Of a DNA stretch of 64,000 bases, positions 25,750 through 38,577 are shown one piece after another. The notes under the pieces are model-generated. The model searched no databases. It saw nothing but the letters and a program-made list of their open reading frames with translations, and was not told where the DNA came from. The DNA comes from Octopus sinensis. Taxonomy: Eukaryota. Every line of letters begins with the position of its first letter. Positions within the stretch are counted from its first letter, which is position 1. A program made the position numbers and the translations under genes. The stretch lies in the NCBI RefSeq assembly GCF_006345805.1, contig NW_021832863.1:30128-94127 (forward strand), given 5' to 3'.

Positions 25750-27010
25750 TACAAGTGGGAAGTCGAAAATTATCCACACTTTCGCCAAGACTTTCCTTAG
25801 GTTGGCCGAAATCCCGTCAGCGTTTGCATGTAAAAGGTAGCGAACTTGTGGTTACGTAACCGAAGTTTGACCCTGATCGCCCCAGTTTTCTTAATGACCG
25901 CTCCGCTGGCAATGCGCACTAAGGAAGAACAGAGATCAGTGATCCAGTTTCTCCGGTCTGAAGATGTTTCAGGAACTGAAATTCATCAAAACATATGTGG
26001 ATAACGCTCTGCTATGAATAAGTGTGAATGAGTGGATCAAGAAGTTTGAAAATGGCCAGCCAAACGTAAAGAACGAAGAGGGTGCACGACACCCATCAAC
26101 CGCTATCAACAGATCCAAGAAGTTCGAGAGATGATTGTGGCGAACAGACGAGTGATCATCGATGAGGTAGTATGTTCTCAGAAAATTACTCATGGTTCTG
26201 CATACGAACTCATCCAAGACAAGCTTCGCTTCCCTAAAGTCTGTGAGAGATGAGTGCTAAAAAAAATCTTATCAATGTGAAGTCGCAGGGAGATCTGTCA
26301 ACGCTTACATATTCTTTACTACCCACAAGAGACTAAACACAGAAGGAACAAACAAGGACAAACAAACGGATTAAGTCAGTTATATCGACCCCAGTGCGTA
26401 ACTGGTACTTATTTAATCGACCTCGAAAGGATGAAAGGCAAAGTCGACCTCGGCGGAATTTGAACTCAGAGATCTGTCAACGCTTACTCGTCCTCTACGA
26501 ATGTGAAGGTGAAGCATTATTGGAGAGAATAGCCACGAGAGATGAGATCTGGGCACTTCACTTTGAGCCAAAGTTCAAAAGGTAGACTATGGAGTGGAAG
26601 CAGCCGTAATCGCCAGCGAAAATAAAATTCAACGTCCAACCTTGTACGGAAAAGTGATGCTAAGCATTTTGGGGGACGAAAAAGGGGTGTATACTAAAAC
26701 ATTACATGGAAGAGAGGTTTACAGTCGCCGGTGTAGGCTACAGAGAAATGCTCGGTTATGGTTGCACGAAAATGTATGCCCTCTACGGCCTCCCACACCG
26801 TTGAAACCATTAGAAAATTAGGTTTTAAGTTGCTGGTACACTCTGCATACAAACTAGATGTCGCTCCTTCCGAATATCTCCCCTTTTTGGATCGCTAGAA
26901 CATCCTTTACTACGGATTTGCTACGGATGAAAAAATGCGGGGAACGGTGCATCAATGCCTGCAAGACACGCCGAAAATCGAGTAACAAGGACAAGGAATA
27001 TATTGAAAAT
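25750..27010 (+). mobile_element. Degraded near-full-length mariner, interrupted by a SINE
   Basis: TKEEQRSVIQFL, EWIKKFENG, RRVIIDEV, LRFPKVCER*V (WVP motif), IATRDEIW..FEP, GKVMLS, HEN, DVAPSEY. Frameshifts throughout. Confidence 0.85.
26309..26468 (-). mobile_element. 5'-truncated SINE family B with 19-bp TSD
   Basis: gagatctgtcaacgcttac at 26290-26308 and 26469-26487. Confidence 0.92.
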
Positions 27011-27184
27011 ATTGTCTTTTTCAAATTTGGTTGACAAGATTCAGATTAATGAAAGCAGACCAATTCCATAAACTCTTGCTGCCTTGTGAGCATTATCCAT
27101 CTTTTATTCATCGTTCTCCCACGCAATCAGCTTGTATAATCCTAGTTTTTCAAATATCATTACGAGGCTATTCTAGATAGAATG

Positions 27185-27500
27185 TGGAGGCGCAATGGAC
27201 CAGTGGCTAGGGCAGCGGACTCGCGTTCGGAGGATCGCGGTTTCGATTCCCAGACCAGGCGTTGTGTGTGTTTATTGAGCGAAAACACCTAAAAAGCTCC
27301 ACGAACTCCGGCAGGGGGTGGTGGCGACCCCTGTTGTATTCTTTCGCCCCAACTTTCCCTCACTCCCTCTTCCTGTTTCTTGAGTAACGCTGCGATGGAC
27401 TGGCGTCCCGTCCAGCTGAGTGGGGGACAAATACGCCACAGAAACCGGGAAGCCGGGCCCATGAGCCTGGATAGGCTTGGAAAGGGCACATAAATAAATA
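27185..27500 (+). mobile_element. SINE family C with (TAAA) tail and 13-bp TSD
   Basis: Head tggaggcgcaatggaccagtggctagggcagcgg...ggtttcgattccc. tattctagataga at 27169-27181 and 27501-27513. Confidence 0.92.
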
Positions 27501-28259
27501 TATTCTAGATAGATAACTCAGCAGCAAGGTTTTATAAATCTAAAGATTTCATAGCTCTCTCTTCTATTTAGCATGCCTGATCCGAGTTTGTTTATATACA
27601 ATCTCGCTTACGATGCTGTTCTAGATAGCTACCTATGCAATAAGGGTCTACTAATCTTTTAAAGGAAAGCACAAACATTACATCTTCCTATTTAATCTCT
27701 CATCCATTAACCATTTGGTGGTTCGATTAAAAAAAAAGTCAACCAAAAAAACAAAAACGAAAAAGCTCCAAACCATTCGATTGATTCTTCTAACTAACCA
27801 ATCCTCTGATTCTACCAAGAAATCAATTTCGTGATTCCACAATGCCTATTATAGAAACGGTATTATTTAACTTTAGAATATATCCACACGCAAAAGAACA
27901 TTTATTTTAGCGTTTCCTTTGTGGTTGCTAACATGGAACAACTAATAACTATGTAGTTTCTTGTGAGACAATGCTTCTCATTGAGTTGCGCTTATTCAAG
28001 ATATACTTACGAAAACTCGAGGGAGAACATTCCTCATTGTAATTTTTTTTCTTACAGAATCTTCTTACGGTTTAATTGTTCCTCACTTTATTAGTAGAAC
28101 CATTTATTTAGCGTCACACTTTTGATGAGACACGAAGATGTAAAAGATATTTCCAGTAAGCTTTTATAATTAATGAAAGAAGTCGTTCGGGGGCATCGAT
28201 GATGAGTTAATAATATTCACTGAGCGCATCTGCCAATATATGGCTGTGTGTATGTGTGG

Positions 28260-28325
28260 ATATATACATACATACACACATGCATACATACAAAAATATA
28301 TACATACATGCATACATACACCCCC

Positions 28326-28364
<39 letters not shown>

Positions 28365-28472
28365 TATATATATATATACATATATATATATACATACATA
28401 TATATATATTATATATATATATACATTTATATATATTATATATATATATATACATTTATATATATATACATT

Positions 28473-28524
<52 letters not shown>

Positions 28525-28625
28525 TATACATACATATATATTATATATATATATATAATATATATATATATATATTTATATTTATATGTGTGTGTATGTG
28601 CGTGTGCGTGTGTGTGTGTGTGTGA
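28260..28625. repeat. (TA)n-dominated microsatellite block
   Basis: Directly visible. Confidence 0.95.
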
Positions 28626-29296
28626 TTAAGTGACTGAGAACGTGTATAAGTATATAAATATGTATTGTGTGTATCCACGTACGAATATCGCTGCTTTTTT
28701 CGCAGGTTTTTTTTTTATATTCTGACTTCTTTTCACAGGTTTCTTCGTTCTTTATAAATGCTACTTTTTCCAGATTGCATCGTTAGCAGCAATTGTTTAA
28801 TGGTGAAAGTCTAGCAATCGGCACGTGATTATAACTTTGAATTATCATTGTCAAGACAATAAGAATCGTTAGTCTTTTAGAAACCGAACAAAACAAAAGT
28901 CCGAATCAAATCAAATTCGTCGGAGATGTGTGCGATGTTGGCTTCTGTTTTGACTACGTGCGAGGTCAGCTTTAATATGATGCGAGAAGTATAATCAAAA
29001 GAATTAACTTTCATATATTACTGGTAACATATTGAAGTTAATCTCACCTAGAAAGCAGAGTAATGTAGATAAATAATTCTATAGTCACGGCTGCCATTTT
29101 GAAGACGTGTTAATTTGGTGTCTTACTTAAAGGTAAAAGCGATAAAGTGTGATGCTAAATGATAGAGATAATTGCATTAATTGCACTGTATTAATACTAT
29201 TTATGATGAAAGGCAACGCCAAAGCAAACAAGGAAAACTCGCTTTGCGATTGACTTACTTGGGGTATGATAATGGGTGTATTATATATCCTATTAT

Positions 29297-29802
29297 GGCG
29301 GCGAGCTGGCAGAAACGTTAGCGCACCGGGCGAAATGCTTGGCGGTATTTCGTCTGTCGTTATGTTCTGAGTTCAAATTCCGCCGCGGTCAACTTTGCCT
29401 TTCATCCTTTCGGGGTCGATAAATTAAGTACCAGTTACGCACTGGGGTCGATGTAATCGACTTAATCCCTTTATCTGTCCCTGTGTGTCCCCTCTGTGTT
29501 TAGTCCCTTGTGGGTAGTAAAGAAATAGGTATTTCGTCTGCGGCTACGTTCTGAGTTCAAATTCCGCCGAGGTAGACTTTGCCTTTCATCCTTTCGGGGT
29601 CGATAAATTAAGTACCAGTTACGCACTGGGGTCGATGTAATCGACTTAATCCCTTTATCTGTCCTTGTTTGTCCCCTCTGTGTTTAGCCCCTTGTGGGTA
29701 GTAAAGAAATAGGTATTTCGTCTGCGGCTACGTTCTGAGTTCAAATTCCGCCGAGGTAGACTTTGCCTTTCATCCTTTCGGGGTCGATAAATTAAGTACC
29801 AG
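29297..29802 (+). mobile_element. SINE family B, head plus 2.5 tandem units
   Basis: Unit starts at 29344, 29528 and 29712 (period 184). Confidence 0.92.
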
Positions 29803-30325
29803 TCCATCATTATGCCTTTCAAAATTATGCCTGGAGTATCTTTACCTCAAAGAAATATTGTAATTGTTGGGATTTTAAGTCTTACCCACTCCTTGAATTA
29901 CAAGAAGTATTCTTTCTCAATATTCAATTGAAGACTTTTTTTTCGCTTTGTTTGAAAAAGATCTCATAAATACTAGAATCGATTGATTAAGTTGAGCCCC
30001 AAGACTTTTTATAAATGGAAGTCACTCTGAATAAGACGTCAAGCAACCGGCAATAAAATAAGGCTGAAGCATTCACTTCGTGTGTTGGAATTACGAAAGA
30101 AGAATAGTAAAACGATAAACGGAAGATATGAAATAATTAAGATGATATTTATGTGTGAAATGAGAAGGAAGGGAGCTGGATAAAAAGAATGTTTGTAGAA
30201 AGAAACAACAACGGTAGAAACACTTCTTAGAAGAGGGGACAGCAACAGTAAAAGACGACTCACTGGATTAGTAACCTTTAGGAAGAGTGGCGACTAGTGA
30301 AGTATTTGTGGCAGAGATGTAGAAG

Positions 30326-30427
30326 AAAAACATAGAACGCTTCACGAATTTGCATGTTATCCTTGTGTAGGGACCATGCTAATCCTCTCTGTATCGTTCT
30401 AATTTTAGACTATGTAAAAGCTAGTAC
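30326..30427 (-). pseudogene. U6: U6 snRNA pseudogene or diverged copy
   Basis: Minus strand gtactagctt-ttacatagtctaaaattagaacgatacagagaggattagcatggtccctacacaaggataacatgcaaattcgtgaagcgttctatgttttt aligns to canonical U6. ACAGAGA and AGC are kept; about 10 substitutions and a deletion in the 5' stem-loop. Confidence 0.9.
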
Positions 30428-30502
30428 AAAAAAAAAAAAGAAAAATATAAACTCTGAGCGATTCCTTACCCTTAAAAGGAAACTTCACTCTTCCTTCCAT
30501 TT

Positions 30503-30737
30503 CTATTTCTTTACTACCCACAAGGGGCTAAACACAGAGGAGACAAACAAGGACAGACAAACGGAATAAGTCGATTACATCGACCCCAGTGCGTAACTGG
30601 TACTTATTTAATCGACCCCAAAAGGATGAAAGGCAAAGTCGACCTCGGCGGAATTTGAACTCAGAACGTAACGGTAGACGAAATACCACCTAAGCATTTC
30701 GCCCGGCGTGCTAACGTTTCTGCCAGCTCGCCGCCTT
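30503..30737 (-). mobile_element. SINE family B, single unit
   Basis: Full head and core plus tail. Confidence 0.9.
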
Positions 30738-31499
30738 CCTTCCATTCCTTAGTAAATTCTCTCTCTTTTTCTCCCGCCCTTATTCTGAAAGCAACCGAAG
30801 GTGGCAGCACCAACAGTTGCCAGTCAAATTTCCCAAGAAGAAATGTCCTGGTAACGAGTTCAAGATAGAATATATCAGAATATATCTGTGAAGTACAAGA
30901 CAAGAATGTTTGATACATCAGCGACCATGGGGCTGTTTATAGAATAGTGATACAAAGCAATATCTTTTCGATGCTAGTAATTCCTATCTTATAAATCAGG
31001 TCTGTATTTATATGAACTACACAGATATCAATAACTCAATATCCCAGTCAGAATTTTATGTTGGTACATGATTATCTATTTCGGGTAGGATAAAGGAATT
31101 AAATCAATGCAGTATTAAACACGTGTAGTGTTAAGATGATTCAAAGACAGAATCAGTGCGTGTCTGTGACACAGAACGGGACAACGCTGGACTTTCTGAA
31201 TTGCAGGTGCAATCTATCTGGCGGGGATTCTGTACAGTTTCCGTCAACTTAATTTGATTCGGGTGTAGATTGAACCGCGGCTATAGAAAATGATATTTGC
31301 CTAAGAGGTTATGTATTGGATTCGAACCCGGACGTCATTGCTGCGAATCGAACGTCTTTGATCTTTTGGCCATTTCTGCACCTACACACACACACACATA
31401 CACACACACACACACACTCACACACACACATACTTATCAGTACGGCTACTTTTTTCTAAGTTTGTGAAGTGATAACACCGACTTGTACCTAATAACAAA

Positions 31500-31935
31500 A
31501 CTCCGCCATCACCACTATAAACATTATCACTATCACCGCTACAACAACCAACACCGCCTGCACCGCCGCCACCGCCTCCACCGCCTCCACCGCCGCCACC
31601 GCCTCCACTGCCACGACGACGAACACCACCACCACCATCACCACCATCACTACCACCACCACTACCACCACCACCACCACCACCACTACCAGAACAACTA
31701 CTATCATCATCATCATCATCATCATCATCATGGATATCTCCACCAACGACATCGTTGTCTTGTTCTTAACATACCACCAGCATCACCACCACCGGCAGCA
31801 GCAGCAGCAGCACCACCACCACCACCACCACCACCATTACCCTCAACTATTATCCCACTCGTCAGTACCATCGTCATCACCGCCATCGCCGCCATGATAA
31901 ACCACACTTACTTACCATCGCCATCACCAACAAAC
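31500..31935. repeat. (CAC)/(CAT)/(CAG) trinucleotide low-complexity block
   Basis: Directly visible; explains the poly-His/Pro ORF. Confidence 0.9.
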
Positions 31936-32502
31936 AGCCGAAGAAATCTAATTCTTTTATTCCGTTCCGAACAGTGACTACGGAATCCGATGCATTCTAT
32001 CATACGCTTGTCTATCTCTCAGCAATGCAATCCAACAGATTGTTCATTCAGGTGTACGCTAATCCATCCGTCAATTCATTTATCCATCAATCTATCCATA
32101 AAACCGCAACCCGTCGATATAATCCATTCATCTACCTATCCATTTGTTCATTCATCTAACTAGTTAGCTATCAATTTCTGCTTATATCAGCCAACCAGTG
32201 AAGCAGCGAGCCAACCAAAGCAGCCATTTGTTTGCCCACGAATCTCATATATCTTCAAAGTATCTCGGCGCAGGAGAAGCCTGTTTCGCTAAGAACATTA
32301 ATTACCATTTATTCTGCAATGGTAATGATATTTAGTTGAGTTTGTGGGACAGCGACCTTATTGAGCGAATAGCCACTGGTTCGAATCTCAGCAGTGTCGT
32401 TAATCAGTTTGCTTCTTTATTTTGGGTAGGACTACACACTCCAATGCGTCCTTCCTTCTCGAAGACGTCTGGTTGCAGTTTGAGATGAGAAAGATTTGGC
32501 TA

Positions 32503-32578
<76 letters not shown>

Positions 32579-33064
32579 CACAACTACATACAAAGACTAT
32601 ACATTGTAACTGATGAGTAATTTCGTGTTGTTTTTGTTTTTAGTTCTGCGCTTAAATGTGGAGTAAGAAATATGATTCTGATCTTGTCATCTGTTGATTT
32701 AGTTTCGATACCCACTCGGAGACATCGCAGTTCATTCACATTGCCAATAGGGATTATATTAATCCTTCATTTCTAACTTTATAATTGCTTTAGGTGTCAC
32801 TGTGTTGAACATTCAACGCTACAGAATTTTACGATCCCTAGATTGAGTGGTTAGAAAGTCCGCTTCACACGCATCAACTGGTCTCACGTTCGGTTCCATT
32901 GATTGGTAGACGAAGCAAGTGTATTTACCATGGACTCGGGTCGGTCGTCAAAATTGTTGTGAGTGGACGAAAACTGTATGGAAGCCCATCAGTTTGACTG
33001 TACCTGTAGTTCAAAAGTCCTCCCTTGTCGCACTCATGTCACGCTGATCCTACCATAGAATTCG

Positions 33065-33683
33065 TTTCTACTCTAGGCGCAAGGCCCGAAAGTTTGGGGG
33101 AAGGGGCCAGTTGATTGGATCAATCTCAGTACGCGACTGGTACTTAATTTATCGACCCTGAAAGGATAAAAGACTAAGTCGAACTAGTCGGAATTTGAAC
33201 TCAGAACGTAAAGACAGACGAAATACCAATTTCTTTACTACCCACAAGGGGCTAAACACAGAGAGGACAAACAAGGACAGACAAACGGATTAAGTCGATT
33301 ACATCGATCCCAGTGCGTAACTGGTACTTAATTTATCGACCCCGAAAGGATGAAAGACAAAGTCGACCTAGTCGGAATTTGAACTCAGAACATTAGGACA
33401 GACGAAATACCGCTAAGCATTTCGCCCAGCGTGCTACCGTTTCTACAAGTTCGCCGCCTTAATCCTACAAGAGGATTCGTTTCTACTCTAGGCAGAAGAC
33501 GCGAAATGTTTTGGGAAGGGGCCAGTTGATTAGATCAACTCCAGTACGCAAATGGTACTTAATTCTATCTACCCTAAAAGGCAATGTCCACCTCGGCGGA
33601 ATTTGAACTCAGAACGTAAAGACAGACGAAATACGGCTAAGCATTTCGCTCGGCGTGCTAACGTTTCTGCCAGCTCACCACCT
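33065..33683 (-). mobile_element. Two stacked family B SINEs (a B2-tail/B1 chimeric dimer plus a B2 monomer)
   Basis: 33065-33458: two cores with different tails. 33480-33683: a second copy. Both preceded by similar atcctac..ag.attcgtt motifs. Confidence 0.85.
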
Positions 33684-34787
33684 TAATCCAACCGGAGAAT
33701 TACGTTAAAGGTAAACCAGTCTGTGAGATATGGAGGTACTGAACCACTCCGCTAAATTCAATGTATATGTTGTCCAGGTGATCAACAGAGATCATTAAAA
33801 TTTATTCCCTGCTATCTATTACTTGTATATTGAAGAATATTTACTTTGCATTGTAAACATTAATTTAATACGTGTTTATCTCTAACGCTCAACTGCTGCA
33901 CCCCCATATAATGGTGGACGCGTGTCGGTTTCGAAGATGTATATTCAATTGTTTGGTCAGGTGAATTCCCGTGTAAATGGCTGAGTATTTGGCAGACATC
34001 CATAACATAATCCCCTTGAGGAATCAGTGTCAACGTTATGCTTTTTGAATTTCAAGTGGAAGTCGCCCCTTGAGCTTCAATGCCGTTTCTCAACAAATGT
34101 TTCCTCAGAATGTATGAGTCGAATCGACATTATATATAAAAAAAATGACAGCTACTTAACACTCTGGGATCTTGTTGCTTCGAAGCAAATTTCCTAAACG
34201 TTCGACCATACTTTAGCCGCGCCCAAAATGAGCAGCGCCACATGAGCAGTTGGTAGTGACCTTAGGGTGTGACAAACCTTCTTAGATACCTACAGGATGT
34301 GACGATCCTGTCCTACATGACACCCAGACTCGGCTACTGGCTTCAGCTGTCAAGACGTGGAACGAGTGCTTATCCAGGGTTACAGATCCGTACCACAACT
34401 TCGAAATTCTGAACTGAGATCCCGTAAGTCGGTGCCAAGCACGTCACGTGGCGCTCCATGGAAAGCGGAAGGGATTAATACTTAGACTAATACTAAGAAT
34501 TGAACCATAGTGTGGACACACACTATCGTGGGGACACACACTATCGACTTGTAATTCTGTAATTGCCAAACGAGATCCGCCATATTATTGTCCAACCTTT
34601 CGAATCAGCAGACTCCGCGATGTCTTGTCATTCATGGAAAATAACATGAAACGTTCTTAATTACAGTTGATTTCTCTATTTGTAACACTTCAAAAACAAC
34701 AAATGGAATATCTCCAGACTTAAGACCTGTCTCTTACGCCAATGATACTTTTTTTTTCTTCTTCTTTTCGTTTTTGTTCTTTTACAG

Positions 34788-34800
34788 TTCACAGCCCGAG
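34788..34800 (+). other. Candidate micro-exon (13 nt, or 6 nt if AG at 34793-34794 is used)
   Basis: About 38-nt polypyrimidine tract ending tttacAG (34786-34787), then ttcacagcccgag, then donor GAG|gttagt. Confidence 0.3.
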
Positions 34801-35654
34801 GTTAGTAAAAAGATACGTTAAAAGACAGTTTGCAGTAAGCTTTGAAATAAATTGAATGTACAAGATCATAAGACATTGTTATATTGGCAGAAAGCTTCAA
34901 ACATAGAATCGTGGAATCGATTCGTGTGATGTTCATACATTTTCCCAAGGGCATTCATTATTTTCTTGTTATTTCCTTCGCTCTCCCTTTCTTATTCTCC
35001 TCATTACTCTTCTTTGTCATCTTCAACATTCTAACTTCATTCTTTCTGTCTTCTTTCCTTCTTCCCCATATATTTTATTCACCCCACATTTATACTCTCA
35101 GCCTTTCTATACACTTCTTGTTTCTTCAACAGGTTTTTATCATGGCTGTTGTTAGTTATTCATTTCTCACGCTACACGTGAAAATTTTGAATTTCGTTAA
35201 ACTGATATTTTTCCTTTCACCGTTCCATCAATTTCTTACGTTTTCATTTCATTTCATTCCGTTGCTGTTGACAGAAGCCAGCAATTTTTGAAGAGTGAGT
35301 GTTAGTCGATTACTTCAATTCCAGTACAGGGAATTTATTTTAATCAGGTCTCGAGAAACAAAAGTCAAAGCTGATCTTGGCCATCTCATATATCTTCAAA
35401 GTCACACAACGCAGAAGAAACCTGTTTCTCAGAGTAGGAATTATAATTACCATTTATTTTACAAAGACATTGATTATAAGTCGAGATTTTTGCATAAAAT
35501 CCAGATAAGAGAATAGCCATTGTTTCAAATCTTATTAGCAGTATTGAGCCTTTTGTATCTGTATTATGTATAGGGCAACATAATTTAACGCGCCAATTCC
35601 TTTTCACAGACGGTATTTCCAACCATAATTGTCAATTTACAAGAATGATTCTGA

Positions 35655-36238
35655 TTTCTTTGTTGTCCACAAGGGGCTAAACATAGAGGGGACAAACAAG
35701 GACAGACAAACGGATTAAGTCGATTATATCGACCCCAGTGCGTAACTGGTACTTATTTAATCGACCCCGAAAGGATGAAAGGCAAAGTCGACCTCGGCGG
35801 AATTTGAACTCAGAACCTAACGGCAGACGAAATTCCTATTTCTTTACTACCCACAAGGGGCTAAGCACAGAAGCGACAAGCAAGGACAGACAAACGGGTT
35901 AAGTCGATTACATCGGTCCCAGTGCGTAACTGGTACTTAATTTATTTACAACCGAAAGGATGAAAAGCAAAGTCGACCTCGGCGGAATTTGAACTCAGAA
36001 CGTAATAGCAGACGAAATGCCTATTTCTTTACTACCCACAAGGGGCTAAGCACAGAAGCGACAAGCAAGGACAGACAAACGGGTTAAGTCGATTATATCG
36101 ACCCCAGTCCGTAACTGGTACTTATTTAATCGACCCCGAAAGGATGAAAGGCAAAGTCGACCTCGGCGGAATTTGAACTCAGAACATAACGGCAGACGAA
36201 ATACGGCGTGCTAACGTTTCTGCCAGATCGCAGCCTTA
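35655..36238 (-). mobile_element. SINE family B, three tandem units
   Basis: Two internal junctions (gaaattcctatttc, gaaatgcctatttc). Confidence 0.92.
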
Positions 36239-36509
36239 AGGAGCAGGTAAAATAATAACTAGAAATAAAGTAATAACACTTTAGGCGAAAAAATTATTCC
36301 TGTATTAAATAGGAAACGTCCCTTCTATTTTCGTTTATGTTTTTGCTTTCTAAAAACTTATAGTTTTTATCAGCTCAAAACCAATATATTACTGAAGCTT
36401 ATTATATCGATCTTGGAACGAAGAGTTGAATTCTGTTTCACAGAAAACCAGAATATACAACAGAGAATAAAGTATGACTCACTACCACACAAACTCACGT
36501 ATGTTCACA

Positions 36510-36739
36510 TAACGTATATAATATAATATAATATAATATATACATATATATACATACATATATATATAAGTACACATATATGTGTGTGTGCATGTAATAT
36601 ACATATACACATATATACCTATATGTATATATATATTCATATATGTGTATAAATATATATATATACCTTTATGTATATATCTATGTATGCATATATATAT
36701 GTGTGTGTATCTATATTTACATACACATACATACATCTA

Positions 36740-36778
<39 letters not shown>

Positions 36779-36987
36779 CATATAGATATATATATAGATA
36801 ATATATACATATATATATATATACATATATATTCACATTCTACGTATATATATATATATATTATATATAATATATATATATATCTATATATACAATATAC
36901 ATATATACATACATATACATATATACATACATATACAATATATATTACATATACATATAATATATGTATATATACATATATATATAT

Positions 36988-37018
<31 letters not shown>

Positions 37019-37030
37019 GATATATATAAA
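36510..37030. repeat. Degenerate (TA)n block
   Basis: Directly visible. Confidence 0.95.
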
Positions 37031-37454
37031 GTCTCTCCCACCACGACCACCACACATCATCTCCCCGGCTACTACTGAATTCCTGGCAATGTTTAATACA
37101 TTAAGTGACTGGTAATCCGATGAAAAAATTTTGCTACAACTTTGTCTTTGTTTCCAAGCTGCAAATATCTTCGGATTATCGGAAGAAGTGATTATTAATT
37201 CAAAAGTCATTATACGAAAATTGTATTCAATGGCGGTAGACGAGATCAGATTAGATAAGACTGATTGTTCTCTGAAAGGAAAAGTTTAAATTTTATGGAT
37301 GTAATATAATATCCATTCAATCATAGATAAATTTTTTTCCACTAGAATACACCCCACCCCGAACATATACGCACACATACACACAACGCATGCGCGAGCA
37401 CGCGATTATTTACGTGTGTGTATGTGCATGCGAGTACGTGCATGTATGCACGCA

Positions 37455-37504
<50 letters not shown>

Positions 37505-37925
37505 GCTATCTATATATCTATCTGTCTATATATATGTATGTATATGTAATTTGTGTGTGTATACATACATACATACATACATACATACATACATACATAC
37601 ATACAATATATATATACACATATATATATATATATATACACACATATATATATATATATACACACATATATATATATATACACATATATATATATACATA
37701 CATATATACATATATATATGTATATATATATATATATATATATGTATATGTGCATATTACAGACACATATATGTATATGTGTATACACACGCACACATAT
37801 ATACGTATGCCTATTTGTAAATATGTGTGTATGCAAATGTATGTATGTCTATGTATGTATATATATATGTATATAATGTATGTATATATTTAAATATATA
37901 TATATATATATACACATATATATAA
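37455..37925. repeat. (TATC)n/(TACA)n/(TA)n block
   Basis: Directly visible. Confidence 0.95.
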
Positions 37926-38194
37926 ACAGACGTGTGTGTATATGAGAATAGATCTATCTGTCTATCTATCAGTGAAGGCAGGTGTCCGGTGGTTCGTGTG
38001 CACGGCTCATGATCAACCACCCTCTGAGCAAGACATTCATTCCACATTATTTCAATATTCTCTGCTAAAATTGCAAGCCAGCCAGAGCACCAGCGTCGGT
38101 TCAATTCTCTTTCCATCCATCTGCCATATCCTGGATGCACTGCCTGGCTCAATGGTGGAGAGTAGCAAGAAGACAATTATGTAGACTCATGACT

Positions 38195-38456
38195 ACATCG
38201 TGGCACTCCGTCGGTTACGACGAACGGGGTTCTAATTGATCCGATCAACAGAACAACCTGCTCGTGAAACAGAAACAGGAAGAAAAAGTGAGAGAAAGTG
38301 GTGAAAGTTTACAGCAGGGTTCGACTCCACCCCACTGCCGGAGCCTTGTGGAGCTTTAGGTGTTTTCGTTCAATAAACACTAACATCACCCGGTCTGGGA
38401 ATCGAAACCGCGATCCTACGACCGCTGCTCCAAGCATTGGGCTATTTTGCCTCCAC
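38195..38456 (-). mobile_element. SINE family C variant with a different 3' tail
   Basis: Family C head and body; tail on + reads gtggcactccgtcggttacgacg. Confidence 0.75.
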
Positions 38457-38577
38457 CATAACTACTTAGCGACTTAAAACAATTAGCAAACAAAAACATA
38501 TACACGTTCCCATGTGACAGCTACCTCTTACACACACACACCACAATCATATACATACGCGGACACACGTATGTATA

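Noticed and set aside
32589-32612. CUGAUGA hammerhead core
   Set aside because: No stem II or GAAA follows.
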